A DNA stretch of 64,000 bases. Source: Chloropicon primus. Lineage: Eukaryota. Below the pieces are notes generated by a model, which worked only from the letters and a program-made list of their open reading frames with translations, did not search any database and was not told where the DNA came from. Within the stretch, counting starts at the first letter, position 1, and each line of letters opens with the position of its first letter. The stretch lies in NCBI GenBank assembly GCA_023205875.1, contig CP060755.1, positions 1,550,001 through 1,614,000 of the forward strand. Reading direction: 5' to 3'. The translations under genes were made by a program, and so were the position numbers. Shown piece by piece: positions 62,298 to 64,000 of this stretch.

Positions 62298-63161
62298 TTA
62301 TTCCGAGGAGGAGGAAGACATCGTGATTTGCCTCATGACCTGACCCGCGTACTGGAACGCCTTTCCGGTCTCGCCCACGCACTTTCCCTTCTCTTCCTCG
62401 GACCACTCGCGGGCAATGTCCTCCAGCGAGTCCTTGACGCGCTTGGAGAGCTTGGAGACGGGCTCCGGGTAGTCGTGGTAAAAGTCCAGCTTACGCCCGT
62501 CGAGAATCCTGTCCGAGACGGCCTTTCCGATCATCCTTCCGCCGGCGGTGTGAGCAAAGTACGTGTTGTAGTAGTGGCAGATGAAGCCCGGAAGGTTCTC
62601 CTGACTCAGGGTCTTCAGGTAGGCCGAGTAATCGGACCCGGGGGACGCCTCGCCCTCCACGGCGACCGGCTGCACCTCGAGGCTCTCGATGTAAGCAATG
62701 TCCTTCTCGAGCGCGCCGGCCCGCTCCAGGCCGTTCTCCAGCAGGAGCGAGAGCTCGGCCTTCTCCTTGACGATGTCCTCCATGGTCGAGAAGATGGCCC
62801 GGGAGTCCACCAGGTAGCGGAGGTACCCTTCCAACGTCGGCTTGAACTCCGGCCGCTTCTTCGCCTTCTGACCCCCGCTCGCGGACTGGTCCTTGGTGTG
62901 CAAGTTCATGGCCGCGCTCTTGAGGTCCTCGATGATGCTCGAGACCTCCCCCGCCGCCGAGGAGGTCCCCGTCTCCTCCAGGTCCGGCCTCGAGGCGAAC
63001 ACCACCATCGCCACCCCCCTCGCACCCGCATGGCAAGCGCACGCAGGTCTCCTTGCGCCGCTCAAGTTCCCACCGGGTCTCCGCAGATCCCTCCTGCACG
63101 GCGCACCCCGCACCCTCCCACCCCCAGCCCGCGTCGTCCTCCTCTTCACCACCCTCTCCAT
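62298..63161 (-). CDS. HO1: Plastid heme oxygenase (HO1/HY1-type)
   Basis: AMNLHTKDQ, PTLEGYLRYLVDS, GLER, FICHYYNTYFAHTAGGRMIG; transit peptide. Confidence 0.95.
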   Translation of the reverse strand: MERVVKRRTTRAGGGRVRGAPCRRDLRRPGGNLSGARRPACACHAGARGVAMVVFASRPDLEETGTSSAAGEVSSIIEDLKSAAMNLHTKDQSASGGQKAKKRPEFKPTLEGYLRYLVDSRAIFSTMEDIVKEKAELSLLLENGLERAGALEKDIAYIESLEVQPVAVEGEASPGSDYSAYLKTLSQENLPGFICHYYNTYFAHTAGGRMIGKAVSDRILDGRKLDFYHDYPEPVSKLSKRVKDSLEDIAREWSEEEKGKCVGETGKAFQYAGQVMRQITMSSSSSE

Positions 63162-63394
63162 CGCGATACTCTCTTATCCGCTCGCTCTGGTCCCCTCTCT
63201 CTCTGGTCCACGTCTCTGGGCGAATAGCTTGAGGGCGTTACGACCACAAACGCAAACGCCCCGCTCCAGACAGAGCAGAGAGAGAGGGAGAGAGGGAGAG
63301 AGTTTGCTCTTGTTGCGCTTCTTTTGCTTTGCGGTGAGGGAGTTGGGTTGTGTCTCGAGGTGTGAGACCGATTTTGAGGGGGAAAGAGCGCGCG

Positions 63395-64000
63395 ATGGCG
63401 AGTAGCGAGAGGGAGGAGAACGAGTGGCCATCGGAGGAGGTGGAGATGAAGGCCGTGTCGGTGGATCTGGAGGAGGGCGGTGGTGTGAAGAGGGCCGTGA
63501 GCAACTCTTCGTTCATGCCAAAGCCGAGGACGCCCATGCGACTCGCGTTCGGTGAAGTGTGCACCTACGTGCCCGCCCAGTTCGAGGTGCCCGGCGTCCT
63601 GAACTCGTTGAAGAAGGCGGGCAAGGCGGTCAGGAGCGCCTTCTCGTCGGAGGTGGCGAGGGCTCCGGAGAGGCAGATCCTGCACAACATCACGGGGGTG
63701 GTGAACCCCGGGGAGGTCGTGGCCATCATGGGCCCCAGCGGCTCGGGGAAGACCACCTTCATCTCCCTCCTCGCGGGCAGGAACGGCCTGAGGACGACGG
63801 GGACCATCCTGTACAACGACCAGCACAAGCCCACCGACAAGACCTTCAAGCGCACGGTGGGGTTCGTGAGCCAGGAGGACGTCATGTTCGAGGGGCTCAC
63901 GGTGTTCGAGACCCTGTACTACACCGCGGTGCTCAGGCTGCCGAGGGCGATGACGGACGCGGAGAAGAGGGAGAGGGTGTACATCATCCTGGAGGTCTTG
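63395..64000 (+). CDS. ABCG transporter, N-terminal part (runs off the window)
   Basis: Hand translation: RQILHNITGVVNPGEVVAIMGPSGSGKTT...GFVSQEDVMFEGLTVFETLYYTAVLRLP. Confidence 0.92.
   Translation, partial: MASSEREENEWPSEEVEMKAVSVDLEEGGGVKRAVSNSSFMPKPRTPMRLAFGEVCTYVPAQFEVPGVLNSLKKAGKAVRSAFSSEVARAPERQILHNITGVVNPGEVVAIMGPSGSGKTTFISLLAGRNGLRTTGTILYNDQHKPTDKTFKRTVGFVSQEDVMFEGLTVFETLYYTAVLRLPRAMTDAEKRERVYIILEVL

Overview
Very compact, GC-rich, intron-poor eukaryotic nuclear DNA with about 42 protein-coding genes in 64 kb. Plastid-type enzymes with apparent transit peptides, a plant-type CDPK, SYP7 and a ZFWD-like WD40, and UGUAA poly(A) signals point to a small-genome green alga (a picoplanktonic chlorophyte such as Chloropicon is an inference). 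Recognisable genes: SYP7, Aladin, transketolase, KIF12-like kinesin, two ABCG transporters, EB1, RPL28, Derlin, RibD deaminase, Kv-like channel, SPATA4/SPEF1-like, DGAT2, CDPK, PanK-DUF89, SpoU methylase, SDE2, DUF2358, GrpE, KIF-binding protein, CSN6, GH20 hexosaminidase, ATG13, crooked neck, OCA2-like transporter, WNK, PTPA, a histidine phosphatase, RMD5 and heme oxygenase. Several small spliced genes that the ORF track misses or shows only in part were reconstructed by hand. Best leads: a WNK kinase fused to a BTB domain; a locus at 38.2-38.9 kb with an in-frame UGA and a SECIS-like hairpin (or a structured RNA); a candidate bicistronic pair whose second ORF may be Gemin4-like; a K+ channel with an altered selectivity filter; and cilium-associated genes. 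I recognised no tRNA, rRNA, transposon or CRISPR array. All family calls come from remembered motifs, not database searches.
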